Assembly (NCBI GenBank): GCA_027005735.1 | Contig: JALTLF010000103.1 | Location: 1 to 63,568 of the forward strand | Direction of reading: 5' to 3' | Source of the DNA: Chromatiales bacterium | Lineage (GTDB): Bacteria > Pseudomonadota > Gammaproteobacteria > CAMYNG01 | DNA length: 63,568 nt | Made by a program: the position numbers and the translations under genes | The notes under the pieces: model-generated | What the model saw: only the letters and a program-made list of their open reading frames with translations | What the model was told of the DNA's origin: nothing | Database searches by the model: none | Part shown: piece by piece, positions 39,323-48,230 of the stretch | Layout: each line of letters begins with the position of its first letter | Numbering within the stretch: position 1 is the stretch's first letter

Positions 39323-40285
39323 ATGAGAACCTACACGCAGCTTATCCAACAGGAACGATACCTAATTTATATCCTGAAGAAAGAGAAATATAGCCAGGCG
39401 CGGATTGCCGCGCTTCTGGGGCGCGATAAATCCACCATCAGTCGGGAGTTGCGGCACAATCGGGGCCAGAAAGGCTAGCGGCCCAAACAGGCTCACAAGC
39501 GGGCGCTTTAGCGGCGTCTCGGCAAGGCTCAGCCCCGTATTGGGGGGCGAGTCTGGCATCGGGTCAGGGTGCTGCTCCGCAAGGAATGGCGTCCTGAGGA
39601 GGACGCAGGGCGGATAGCGATGGAACAAGGCGTCTCTATCAGTCATGAGTGGATTTACCAATACATTTATGCGGATAAACGCTCAGGCGGCAACCTGTAC
39701 CGGTATCTGCGCTGCCAGAAGGCTCGACGTAAGCGTTGTGCCGCCTATGACCGGCGTGGCTGTATCCCCAACCAGGTCTCGATTGACGACCGCCCGGCCA
39801 TTGTCGACAGCAGGCGACGCTTCGGCGACTGGGAAGGCGATACCGTGATCGGCAAGGGCCACCGGCGGTGCCCTGGTGACGCTGGTCGAGCGCAAGTCGC
39901 TGTATACCATTATCCGGTCCGTCCTCCACAAGACGGCCAGGGCGGTTCGAGAGGCTGTCGTAGAGGGACTGACCACCTATATCGACTGGGTGCATACCAT
40001 TACCTATGACAACGGGCGGGAGTTTGCCGACCATGAAGGCATGGCCAGCGACCCTGATGCTCGTATCTATTTCACGCACCCTTATGCCTCCTGGGAACGC
40101 AGACTGAACGCGAATACCAATGGCCTCGTCCGGCAATACTTTCCGAAAGACCGGGACCTGACCACCGTCACTCAATATGAAGTCGAGCAGACCATGGATA
40201 AACTCAATCACCGCCCAAGGAAGTCGCTGGGCTATCGGACACCCTATGAAGTCTTCTTCAACACCATGACTTCATTAACCGTTGC
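39323..40285 (+). pseudogene. IS30 transposase pseudogene
   Basis: STISRELR, ISHEWIY, WEGDTVIG and TYDNGREF; in-frame TAG at 39476 and 39509; +1 frameshift near 39866; NENTNG changed to NANTNG. Confidence 0.9.
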
Positions 40286-40339
40286 CCCGGAGAGAGTTCG
40301 GACCTGTAAACTGTAGTGGAATTCGGAACACGTATTTAG
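40282..40339. mobile_element. MITE copy 4, right-hand 58-bp fragment (subtype B)
   Basis: TTGCCCCGGAGAGAGTTCGGACCTGTAAACTGTAGTGGAATTCGGAACACGTATTTAG, nearly identical to the end of copy 3. Confidence 0.85.
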
Positions 40340-40511
40340 CAACTTGAATTCGCACCCTAATGTTTTCTGGCGAATCAACCGAATCAGGCGAGCAACCCGA
40401 GGAAAAAACGCCGGCGCCAGGCCCGTCATCACTGACCGCCGCTTCCGCTTGACGCGGTACCGGATGAAGGGCACCCATTTCACTTGCCAATGGGGGAGGT
40501 AGTGCGTCTGT

Positions 40512-40904
40512 CTATTCCGCCTTGTACCAGACGGGGCCCGTCTTGAGCCGGTAGACGGAAAGGACGATGGGAATACTGAAGATGACCATCAGGACGAGTC
40601 CGCCGATGAAGTGATTACTCGTCATGAGACCCACCCCCCACAACAGACCAAAGAATCCCGGCAGGATGATGCCCCAGAATATCGTGGCAGCCTTACCGTA
40701 GATCCTTCCTTTTGCGGTTGTATAGCCCTTTCGGGCATCGCAGGAGGGACAGACAAGCGCATCCACGTGGAGGGTCGTTCGGCAAAAGGGACATTCTGTT
40801 TCGTCTTCCTTGAGGATCTTTGGCATCGGCGCGCCACACTTGGGACAGCTTTGCGCACGATCAGAAACATCGTGTCCACAATCTTCACATTTTACCAGTG
40901 CCAT
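40512..40904 (-). CDS. Double zinc-ribbon membrane protein
   Basis: CEDC..CPKC and CPFC..CPSC followed by two TM helices. Confidence 0.75.
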   Translation of the reverse strand: MALVKCEDCGHDVSDRAQSCPKCGAPMPKILKEDETECPFCRTTLHVDALVCPSCDARKGYTTAKGRIYGKAATIFWGIILPGFFGLLWGVGLMTSNHFIGGLVLMVIFSIPIVLSVYRLKTGPVWYKAE

Positions 40905-41249
40905 GCTGTTTCCCCCCCCTTTTTTTGCTGCCACAGGATTGTTCTTGTATCAGGCGTTGCCGCCAGCTCTCTGCCGGCGCCTCTTGCAGGCTCAGCACGC
41001 TTGTACGTGGGGGCCCACAGGAGGGAGAAAAATAACCACACCGCCGGACTCACCAGGAAACTGCTCCCTGAAATATACGGAAAAGCATGGATTACGACCA
41101 GCGGGGTGGTCAAGACATACTTATGGGTTATATATCAGCACGCGCCGATAATCTGAAAAGCCTGCCTGCCGACGACTGAAATCTCCAGGGCGGCATTTCG
41201 CCAGGCAGCAAGATTCCCTCTTCGCGCCCTGTCTGCCAGAATACCCGCC

Positions 41250-42656
41250 ATGTTTGCCCAACACCCCGCCGGTCTGCGCACGCTGTTCTTCACCGAGATG
41301 TGGGAGCGTTTCAGCTACTATGGCATGCGTGCGCTGCTGGTGCTCTACCTGGTCGATGCCCTGCAATACCAGCGTGCCGATGCGCTGGCGGTGTACGCCA
41401 CCTACACCGCGCTGGTGTACATCACGCCCCTCGTCGGCGGCTACCTCGCGGATCGCTGGCTGGGCCGCCCGCGCGCGGTGCTCATCGGCGCGCTGCTCAT
41501 GGCGCTGGGACACTTTGCCATGGCGGTGCCGGCACTGCTGGAGGTGGCGCTGGGCCTGCTGGTGGCGGGCAACGGTTTCTTCAAGCCCAACATCTCCACC
41601 ATCGTCGGCACCCTCTATCCGCCACAGGATCCACGCCGCGATGCGGGCTTCACGCTGTTCTACATGGGCATCAACCTCGGTGCCTTCCTCACCCCGCTGG
41701 TGTGCAGCACCCTGGGTGAGAAGTTCGGCTGGCACTATGGCTTCGCCGCCGCCGGCGTGGGCATGTTGCTGGGGCTGGTGGTCTTCATCACCGGTCAGAA
41801 GCGCCTCGCCGCCTCGGGGGTGAAAGGTGTGTCCGCGCTGGGGCGGCGCGACGGCTTGCAGGCGCTGGCCATTACCGCCCTGGTTACCGTTATCGTACTG
41901 CTCGCGGTGACGCTCTGGCCTTATGTCGCGACATTCTGGGCCGCGGCGGGCTGGTACCTGCTCGCCGGGGGCATGCTGCTGGTGCTCTACCTGGTGTATG
42001 GCGCACTGGAGCGCGGCCGCGAGCGTCACCAGGTGAGCGCCATTCTCATCATGGCGCTGTTTCAGATCATCTTCTGGATGGGCTTCGAGCAGGCCGGCGG
42101 CACCATGAACCTGTTCGCCAAGGACATGACCGACCGGGTCCTGTTCGGCTGGGAGTTCCCCGCCGGCTGGTTCCAGTCGGTGAATCCCCTGTTGATCATC
42201 CTGCTGGCACCCCTGTTCTCCAGCTTCTGGATGTGGCTGGATGGCTCGCGCTTCGCCCTGTCGGCGCCCATCAAGCAGGGCATGGGCATGATCATCCTCG
42301 GCCTGGGCTTCGTGGTCATGGCACTGGCCTTCGAACAGGCCCAGGCGGGGGTGCGCGTCAGCCCCCTGTGGTTGCTGGTGGTCTACCTGCTGCACACCAT
42401 GGGCGAGCTGTGCCTGTCGCCCATCGGCCTGTCCATGGTGACCAGGCTCTCGCCGGTGCGCTTCGGTTCCCTGATGATGGGCCTGTGGTTCATCGCCATT
42501 GCCGTGGCCAATTATCTTGCCGGCACCCTGGAGGCGCTGCTGGCCGGCAGCGGTATCGGCCTGTTCTGGTTCCTGGTGCTGATCCCCATTGGCGCGGGAC
42601 TGGTGTTGATAGTGATCAGCCCGTTGTTGCATCGGCTGATGCATGATGTCAGATAA
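41250..42656 (+). CDS. POT/PTR2 family proton-dependent peptide transporter
   Basis: EMWERFSYYGMR, GNGFFKPNIS, FYMGINLGA, FQSVNP and GELCLSPIGLS. Confidence 0.93.
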   Translation: MFAQHPAGLRTLFFTEMWERFSYYGMRALLVLYLVDALQYQRADALAVYATYTALVYITPLVGGYLADRWLGRPRAVLIGALLMALGHFAMAVPALLEVALGLLVAGNGFFKPNISTIVGTLYPPQDPRRDAGFTLFYMGINLGAFLTPLVCSTLGEKFGWHYGFAAAGVGMLLGLVVFITGQKRLAASGVKGVSALGRRDGLQALAITALVTVIVLLAVTLWPYVATFWAAAGWYLLAGGMLLVLYLVYGALERGRERHQVSAILIMALFQIIFWMGFEQAGGTMNLFAKDMTDRVLFGWEFPAGWFQSVNPLLIILLAPLFSSFWMWLDGSRFALSAPIKQGMGMIILGLGFVVMALAFEQAQAGVRVSPLWLLVVYLLHTMGELCLSPIGLSMVTRLSPVRFGSLMMGLWFIAIAVANYLAGTLEALLAGSGIGLFWFLVLIPIGAGLVLIVISPLLHRLMHDVR

Positions 42657-42785
42657 ATGCAGTTTACAGGAGGGAGGTGCGAGGATCGGCCCCCCTGGCG
42701 TTGTTTCGCCGAGGGAGAGGAGAGTGGAATTTCTGGCAGTAACAGGGGGCCTTCCCGGTGTGCCCCGTGATCCCCGTGGTTTATC

Positions 42786-43337
42786 TCAGTGCAGCGTCGC
42801 GTCGGGTTCCGGCAGTTCGCGCTCCACGCGGAAGGCGCGGCCTTCGGCCAGTTCCTGATCGGAGGCGTTGCGGATATCCTTGATACGCACGTCGAAGCGC
42901 AGATCCACACCGGCAAGGCGGTGGTTGCCGTCGAGGATCACCTTGCCGTCTTCGATATGGGTGACGGTGAACATGATGATATTGCCGTTGGCGCATTCCC
43001 CGGCGACGCGCGCGCCGATGCAGTCCACGTCCTCGGGCAGACGGGCGGGATCCTCGGCCACCACCAGGTCGGGGTCGTATTCGCCGTAGGCGTCGGCGGC
43101 GCGCAGCAGGACTTCGCGGCGGGCGTCGATGCCCATGCCTTCGAGGGCAGCCTGAAGCTGCGGCAGGGTGGCGGTGTCGATGCCGTGCAGGTAGATGAGG
43201 TCGTCGCGGTACTCGATGAGTTCGCCGGTGGCCTCACTGAACAGGGAATACTCCACCGTGACCACCTTGCCCTTCCTGACACGGTGGCTGAAACCTTGTG
43301 GCTGACGCCAGGGCAGTAGCTGTTCGCTCGTCGGCAT
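42786..43337 (-). CDS. SlyD-like FKBP-type peptidyl-prolyl isomerase
   Basis: VVTVEYSL, YLHG, LEG, AYGEYDP and DGNHRLAG.DLRFDV; no His-rich tail. Confidence 0.8.
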   Translation of the reverse strand: MPTSEQLLPWRQPQGFSHRVRKGKVVTVEYSLFSEATGELIEYRDDLIYLHGIDTATLPQLQAALEGMGIDARREVLLRAADAYGEYDPDLVVAEDPARLPEDVDCIGARVAGECANGNIIMFTVTHIEDGKVILDGNHRLAGVDLRFDVRIKDIRNASDQELAEGRAFRVERELPEPDATLH

Positions 43338-43585
43338 GTTGCGGCTCCCGGGGTGATCCCGTGGCTTCTCCCACCGGCTCGTTGCGCGGCGCGTGTGGGG
43401 TGAATTTCTCTGTTCCTGTCCGGGTTATCGTCCCGGGAGGGAATTTCTGAAGCCCCGGATGCGTCCTTTTCCTGTACGCGCATTACCCGGGGAAGGCCTG
43501 GGAAATGAGGAAACTTGGGCGACGTATTCCTGTCATACTTGCCAGGAGTGAGTTAAGTAGCGGATTTCATTGATGGAGAATAACT

Positions 43586-44113
43586 GTGCGAGACACCAAT
43601 AAACGACTCCGGGGATTCCTGGCGGCCCTCCTGCTGGGCCTCGCAGCCACGGCGCTGGCACCGGCCATGGCGGCCGAGAGCATTCTCAGGGACTTCGACG
43701 GCAACCCGCGCCGGCTGGAGGACTACGTGGGCCAGGGCAAGTGGACCGTCGTCATGTTCTGGGCCCACGACTGCCATATCTGCAACCTCGAGGCCCCCAG
43801 GTACGAGAAGCTCTATCAGCGCCGCGGGGAACGTGACCTCACGGTGCTGGGGATCAGCATCGACGGCGAGGAACAGAAAAAGGCGGCCCAGGCCTTCATC
43901 AGGGAGCACAAGCTCAGCTTCCCCAATCTCATCGGCGAGCCGGAAGCGACCACGCTGATGTTCACCGATCTCACCGGCGCACGGTGGATCGGCACGCCCA
44001 CTTTCCTTATATATACACCCACCGGCAAACTGGTGGCCCAGCAGGCCGGCGGCGTACCCGTCAGCATGATCGAGGACTTCATCGCCCAGCAGACTGCCGC
44101 CGGCAACCTGTAG
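43586..44113 (+). CDS. TlpA-like periplasmic thioredoxin (redoxin)
   Basis: Signal peptide, FWAHDCHIC (CxxC) and GTPT. Confidence 0.8.
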   Translation: MRDTNKRLRGFLAALLLGLAATALAPAMAAESILRDFDGNPRRLEDYVGQGKWTVVMFWAHDCHICNLEAPRYEKLYQRRGERDLTVLGISIDGEEQKKAAQAFIREHKLSFPNLIGEPEATTLMFTDLTGARWIGTPTFLIYTPTGKLVAQQAGGVPVSMIEDFIAQQTAAGNL

Positions 44114-44264
44114 GCGCGATGGCGAGGGGGCATCGGGCGCCCCCTCCCCGGGATAAACGTGAAGCGCGGCCTTGCCCTGCATGGGGCAAGGCTGCGATCA
44201 TAGACGGGCCGCGATTGGCGGACCGCACCCACCCGATACGCACACCAGCCCGGAAACCGCACGA

Positions 44265-45851
44265 TTGTTCGAGACCATTGAGAAGAGACTTGACCGGCTG
44301 ATCAGGGAAGGTCACGCAGGCGTGCTGGCGGGCGCGGCCATCGGGCTGGAGAAGGAAACCCTGCGGGTCAGTCCCGACGGCAAGATCGCGCAGACGCCAC
44401 ACCCGGCGAAACTTGGCGCGCCCCTCACCCACCCGTGGATCACCACCGACTACTCGGAGGCCCTCACCGAGCTCATCACGCCACCGTGTACCGATGCCCG
44501 CGAGGCGCTGAACTTCCTGCGCGACGCGCAGGTCTTCGTCTATGCGGCACTGGGAGACGAACTGCTGTGGGCCACCAGCATGCCCTGCGTGGTGGCCGGC
44601 GAGACCAGTATCCCCATCGCCCGCTACGGCCCCTCCAATGCAGGCATGATGAAGACCATCTACCGGCGCGGCCTGGGTTACCGTTACGGACGGGCCATGC
44701 AGGTCATCGCCGGCGTGCACTTCAACTACTCCATGGCACCGGAGTTCTGGCCGGCCTACCAGCAGCTCCTCGGAGACCGGCAGGCGCCGGAGGACTTTCG
44801 CTCCACGCACTACATGGGACTGGTGCGCAACCTGCAACGCCTCGGCTGGCTGGTGCCCTACCTGTTCGGCGCCTCGCCGGCGGTGTGCAAGTCCTTCCTC
44901 GGCGGCAAACCCACGCAGCTGGAGGCCTTCGATGAAAATTCCTGCTATGGCCCCGCGGCCACGTCCCTGCGCATGGGCGACATCGGCTACCAGAACAACA
45001 GGGAAGCGGAGATCGGCTTCAAGGCCAACTACGACTCCCTGGCCACCTATATCGCCAGCCTCGAGTACGCCATTTCCACGCCCTGCCCCGAATACGAGGC
45101 CATCGGCGTCTTCGTCGATGGTGAATACCGCCAGCTCAACGCCAACATCCTGCAGATCGAGAACGAATACTATTCCACCATTCGACCCAAGCAGACACCG
45201 GTCAACAACGAACGCCCCGCGCTGGCCCTCAGGCGGCGCGGCATCGACTACGTGGAACTGCGCTCGCTTGACGTCAACGCCTTCGATCCGCTGGGCATTC
45301 ACCAGAGCCAGCTCGATTTTCTCGAGGCCTTCCTGGTCTTCTGCCTGCTCGACGACAGCCCGCTGATCAGCGATACCGAACGCGGCGAGATCGACAACAA
45401 CGAGCTCCTCGTCGCCCACCGCGGCCGTGAACCCCGGCTCGCGCTGGCGCGTGACGGCCGTGCCGTTCTCCTGCATGACTGGGCGCTGGAGGTCTGTGAC
45501 GGCATGGAGCTGGTCTGTGGCGCGCTCGATGAAGCCAATGGCACGACACGCTACATGGCCGCCCTGCGCCAGCAGCGTGAGGTGATCCGCGATCCCGAGG
45601 CCACACCCTCGGCACGCATGCTGCGGGAGATGCGCGACAACAGTGAAGGCTTCTTCGATTTCGCCTGGCGCATGTCCCGCGCGCACGAGGAATTCTTCAA
45701 GCAGGCGGCACTATCGCCAGCGCGCGAGTCCTTCTTCCACGAGGCGGCATCGAGCTCGTGGGCGCGCCAGGAAGAAATCGAGGCCGGCGACACGCTGAGC
45801 TTCGAGGACTACCTGCGCCGCTACTACACCGAGACGGCGGAAGGCGACTGA
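44265..45851 (+). CDS. gshA: Glutamate--cysteine ligase
   Basis: GLEKETLRV, ITTDYSEALTELIT, QVIAGVHFNYS, LQIENEYYS and YVELRSLDVN; TTG start assumed. Confidence 0.95.
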   Translation: MFETIEKRLDRLIREGHAGVLAGAAIGLEKETLRVSPDGKIAQTPHPAKLGAPLTHPWITTDYSEALTELITPPCTDAREALNFLRDAQVFVYAALGDELLWATSMPCVVAGETSIPIARYGPSNAGMMKTIYRRGLGYRYGRAMQVIAGVHFNYSMAPEFWPAYQQLLGDRQAPEDFRSTHYMGLVRNLQRLGWLVPYLFGASPAVCKSFLGGKPTQLEAFDENSCYGPAATSLRMGDIGYQNNREAEIGFKANYDSLATYIASLEYAISTPCPEYEAIGVFVDGEYRQLNANILQIENEYYSTIRPKQTPVNNERPALALRRRGIDYVELRSLDVNAFDPLGIHQSQLDFLEAFLVFCLLDDSPLISDTERGEIDNNELLVAHRGREPRLALARDGRAVLLHDWALEVCDGMELVCGALDEANGTTRYMAALRQQREVIRDPEATPSARMLREMRDNSEGFFDFAWRMSRAHEEFFKQAALSPARESFFHEAASSSWARQEEIEAGDTLSFEDYLRRYYTETAEGD

Positions 45852-45897
45852 GCCCCGGGGGACGGGAAATGGCCTCGCGGCCGGGAGATGGGAGCTT

Positions 45898-46779
45898 ATG
45901 GAAGGCGAAGTGGAAAAATACATTCTCGGCGCCGATGGCGTGAGACTCTGCTACCGCATCCATCGCGCCCGTGCGCCGCGCGGCACGCTGGTCTTCATTC
46001 ACGGCCTGGCGAGCAACATGACGCGCTGGTCGGAGCTGTTCGAGAACACCTCCCTGAAAGAGGACTTCAACCTCCTGCGCGTTGACCTGCGCGGCCACGG
46101 CTGTTCCATGGTGCGTGGACGGGTGAACTATCGCGTATGGTGTGACGATCTCGCGCGCCTGCTGGACGCCGAGAAGATCGAACGGGTCATCATCGTCGGC
46201 CACAGCCTCGGTGCGCAGGTGGGGATCCATTTCGCGCATCGCTATGCCGAGCGCCTCGCGGCACTGGTGTTCATCGACCCGGTCTATCGCCAGGCCCTGC
46301 AGGGTCTGCTGGGTCGCGTGCGCCGCTGGGCACCGCTGCTCGGACTGCTGGCCACGCTGGTGCGCGGACTCAACCGCCTTGGCATCCGTCGCCGCCACCT
46401 GCCCTACCGCGATCTCTACCTGCTCGACGTGCAGACGCGCGAGATCCTCGCGCGCAGCGACGAGGACATCGCCGATCTCTACATGTCACCGCTGGCGGAT
46501 CTGAAATACATTCCCTGGACCATTTACCTGCAGGAACTGGCGCTGGTGGTCAGGGACCTGCCGGTGCCAGAGTCCATAACGGTGCCGGTGCGCGTGCTTC
46601 TCTCGGCGGGGGCCACCACCAGCGACCATGCGGTCATGCGTGCCATCCTCAGGCGCTATCCCGATTGCGAGGTGCGCGAGATCGACGCCGATCACTGGTT
46701 GCTGACGGAAAAACCCGAGGAGGGCCGCGCGGCCATTGAGGCCTTCTGCCGCCAGCTGGCGGCGGAACTCACACCGTGA
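45898..46779 (+). CDS. Alpha/beta hydrolase
   Basis: FIHG, DLRGHG, GHSLG nucleophile elbow and DHW. Confidence 0.85.
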   Translation: MEGEVEKYILGADGVRLCYRIHRARAPRGTLVFIHGLASNMTRWSELFENTSLKEDFNLLRVDLRGHGCSMVRGRVNYRVWCDDLARLLDAEKIERVIIVGHSLGAQVGIHFAHRYAERLAALVFIDPVYRQALQGLLGRVRRWAPLLGLLATLVRGLNRLGIRRRHLPYRDLYLLDVQTREILARSDEDIADLYMSPLADLKYIPWTIYLQELALVVRDLPVPESITVPVRVLLSAGATTSDHAVMRAILRRYPDCEVREIDADHWLLTEKPEEGRAAIEAFCRQLAAELTP

Positions 46780-47212
46780 AGCGGCCTGCCCAGTCACCGC
46801 GCAGGTAGTCCAGTTCCAGGCGGGTGGGGTGCATGCGCCGCGCGCCGTGACTCAGCAGTTCGCGTTTCTCGGGAAAGTTGCGCGCGAACTCCACCGGATC
46901 GCAGGAACTGGCCTCCACGGTACGGAAGCACACCGCCAGGCGCTCGTCCACGGGGATGCTCTCGTGGGCCGGCTGCTCGTGAAAGAGCACGCGCTTCTTC
47001 ACCACGCAGGAGAAGTACAGCTGCATCTCGACGAACAGGGGGGTGGTGCGCCGGCGCAGGGCCCGCTCGGCGCGGCGCGTCCAGACGATCTCCAGTTCCT
47101 CCTCGCGCAGGCGGGTGCGGGCCCGGAAACGAAAGGGATTGAGCCAGCGACCGACTATATGGACGGGGTTGAGGTCATCGCCCAGTCCGAACATGCTGGG
47201 ATTGAGATTCAT
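46769..47212 (-). CDS. Hypothetical protein
   Basis: 147-aa ORF with host-like codon use filling the gap between the hydrolase and the tRNA. Confidence 0.65.
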   Translation of the reverse strand: MNLNPSMFGLGDDLNPVHIVGRWLNPFRFRARTRLREEELEIVWTRRAERALRRRTTPLFVEMQLYFSCVVKKRVLFHEQPAHESIPVDERLAVCFRTVEASSCDPVEFARNFPEKRELLSHGARRMHPTRLELDYLRGDWAGRFTV

Positions 47213-47321
47213 GGACGCCTACCTGTCATGGCCCGCACTACCAGCATAGCCGCAAAACGGCGCGCTTTCCTGCCGCTCGGACCGCGACCGCGGCCGTGCC
47301 ACGCGGGTTTGCAGGGAAAAG

Positions 47322-47398
47322 TGGCGCGCCCGACAGGATTCGAACCTGTGACCTTCGGTGTCGGAGACCGATATTCTATCCAGCTGAACTACGGGCGC
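47322..47398 (-). tRNA. tRNA-Arg (CCG)
   Basis: GCGCCCGTAGTTCAGCTGGATAGAATATCGGTCTCCGACACCGAAGGTCACAGGTTCGAATCCTGTCGGGCGCGCCA; 77 nt, cloverleaf with encoded CCA. Confidence 0.95.
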
Positions 47399-47706
47399 CT
47401 GGTGAGTGCCCCGACAAATTCCGGCGGAAACGCCGGGGCGCGGCGCGGCGGCGATATCCGGCCCCCCGCGCTCCAGCCGAAGCATACCCGTCTGGCTTCC
47501 CCCCGTCCATACGCCACCCCGGCGCCTGTCCTTGCCGCTGAACCGCCCGTCTGCCCGCCCATCTCTCCGCGGTTTCCACCACCCCGCCGCGCGGGTATAC
47601 TGTGCCCCGTTTCGGCCCGGGGCACACACCCCCGCGGTCCACCGATTTCCGGGCGTCCCCCCGGGGCGTCCACCCGTCTTTTTCATCGTTTGACAGGGGA
47701 ACTACC

Positions 47707-48168
47707 GTGACTCAGAAAATCCGTGTAACTCCACGTGGCCGGCTGGCCATCCGTGCAACCCTGCTGGCCGTGGCCCTCGGCAGCCTCGCCCCGGTGGTCC
47801 TTGCCGCCGAGGACGGCGCCGCCGATCCGCGTCAGGAGGCCGCCCTGCGCGCGCGCATCGCGCCGGTGGGCAAGGTCAATACCGGCAAGATGGAGACGGC
47901 CGCCGCCCCGGCCGCGGCTGCCGCACACGCCGATCCGGCCGCCACCTACAAGTCCACCTGCGCCGCCTGTCATGGTGGCGGTCTGCCCACCGCGCCCAAG
48001 GTGGGTGACGCCGGACAGTGGAAGGCGCGTATCGCCAAGGGCAAGGAGGCACTCTACGCTTCGGCGCTCAACGGCACGCCAGGGGGCATGCCGCCGCGCG
48101 GAGGTTCGAGTCTCGACGACGACACCATCAAGGCCGTGGTGGACTACATGGTCGCCCAGAGCCAGTAA
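47707..48168 (+). CDS. Cytochrome c5-family monoheme cytochrome
   Basis: Signal peptide, RIAPVGKV, CAACH, APKVGD..W..RIAKG and GGMPPRGG. Confidence 0.9.
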   Translation: MTQKIRVTPRGRLAIRATLLAVALGSLAPVVLAAEDGAADPRQEAALRARIAPVGKVNTGKMETAAAPAAAAAHADPAATYKSTCAACHGGGLPTAPKVGDAGQWKARIAKGKEALYASALNGTPGGMPPRGGSSLDDDTIKAVVDYMVAQSQ

Positions 48169-48193
48169 GTCGCTGTCACTGCGCAACAGAACA

Positions 48194-48220
48194 GGGGAGC
48201 CGCAAGGCTCCCCTTTTTCT
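48194..48220 (+). terminator. Rho-independent terminator
   Basis: GGGGAGCC-GCAA-GGCTCCCC followed by TTTTT, between convergent genes. Confidence 0.85.
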
Positions 48221-48230
48221 TGCAGGCCTA

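Larger units (their letters stand above)
39228..40351 (+). mobile_element. Degraded IS30-family insertion sequence
   Basis: Left end GAATTCAACTTGTAAGTGCAGC; right end GTTGC...CAACTTGAATTC split by a MITE fragment; IS30 transposase remnant inside. Confidence 0.85.
18900..41200. other. Lower-GC carbon-concentrating (carboxysome/DAB) genomic island; borders approximate
   Basis: Spot counts: 31/60 GC at 35041-35100 versus 43/60 at 7201-7260; many A/T-ending codons; functionally coherent block with an IS30 remnant; no integrase or att repeats seen. Confidence 0.7.

Noticed and set aside
40912-40926. Phase-variable G8/A7 tract at the RBS of the zinc-ribbon gene
   Set aside because: The tract is short and doubles as a purine-rich Shine-Dalgarno; there is no evidence of length variation.
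42761-43375. Short GTGATCCC-GTGG direct repeats flanking the slyD-like gene
   Set aside because: About 12 bp, imperfect and GC-rich; compatible with chance.
47322-47398. tRNA-Arg as the island integration site
   Set aside because: About 6 kb from the compositional border, with no duplicated tRNA 3' end or integrase seen.
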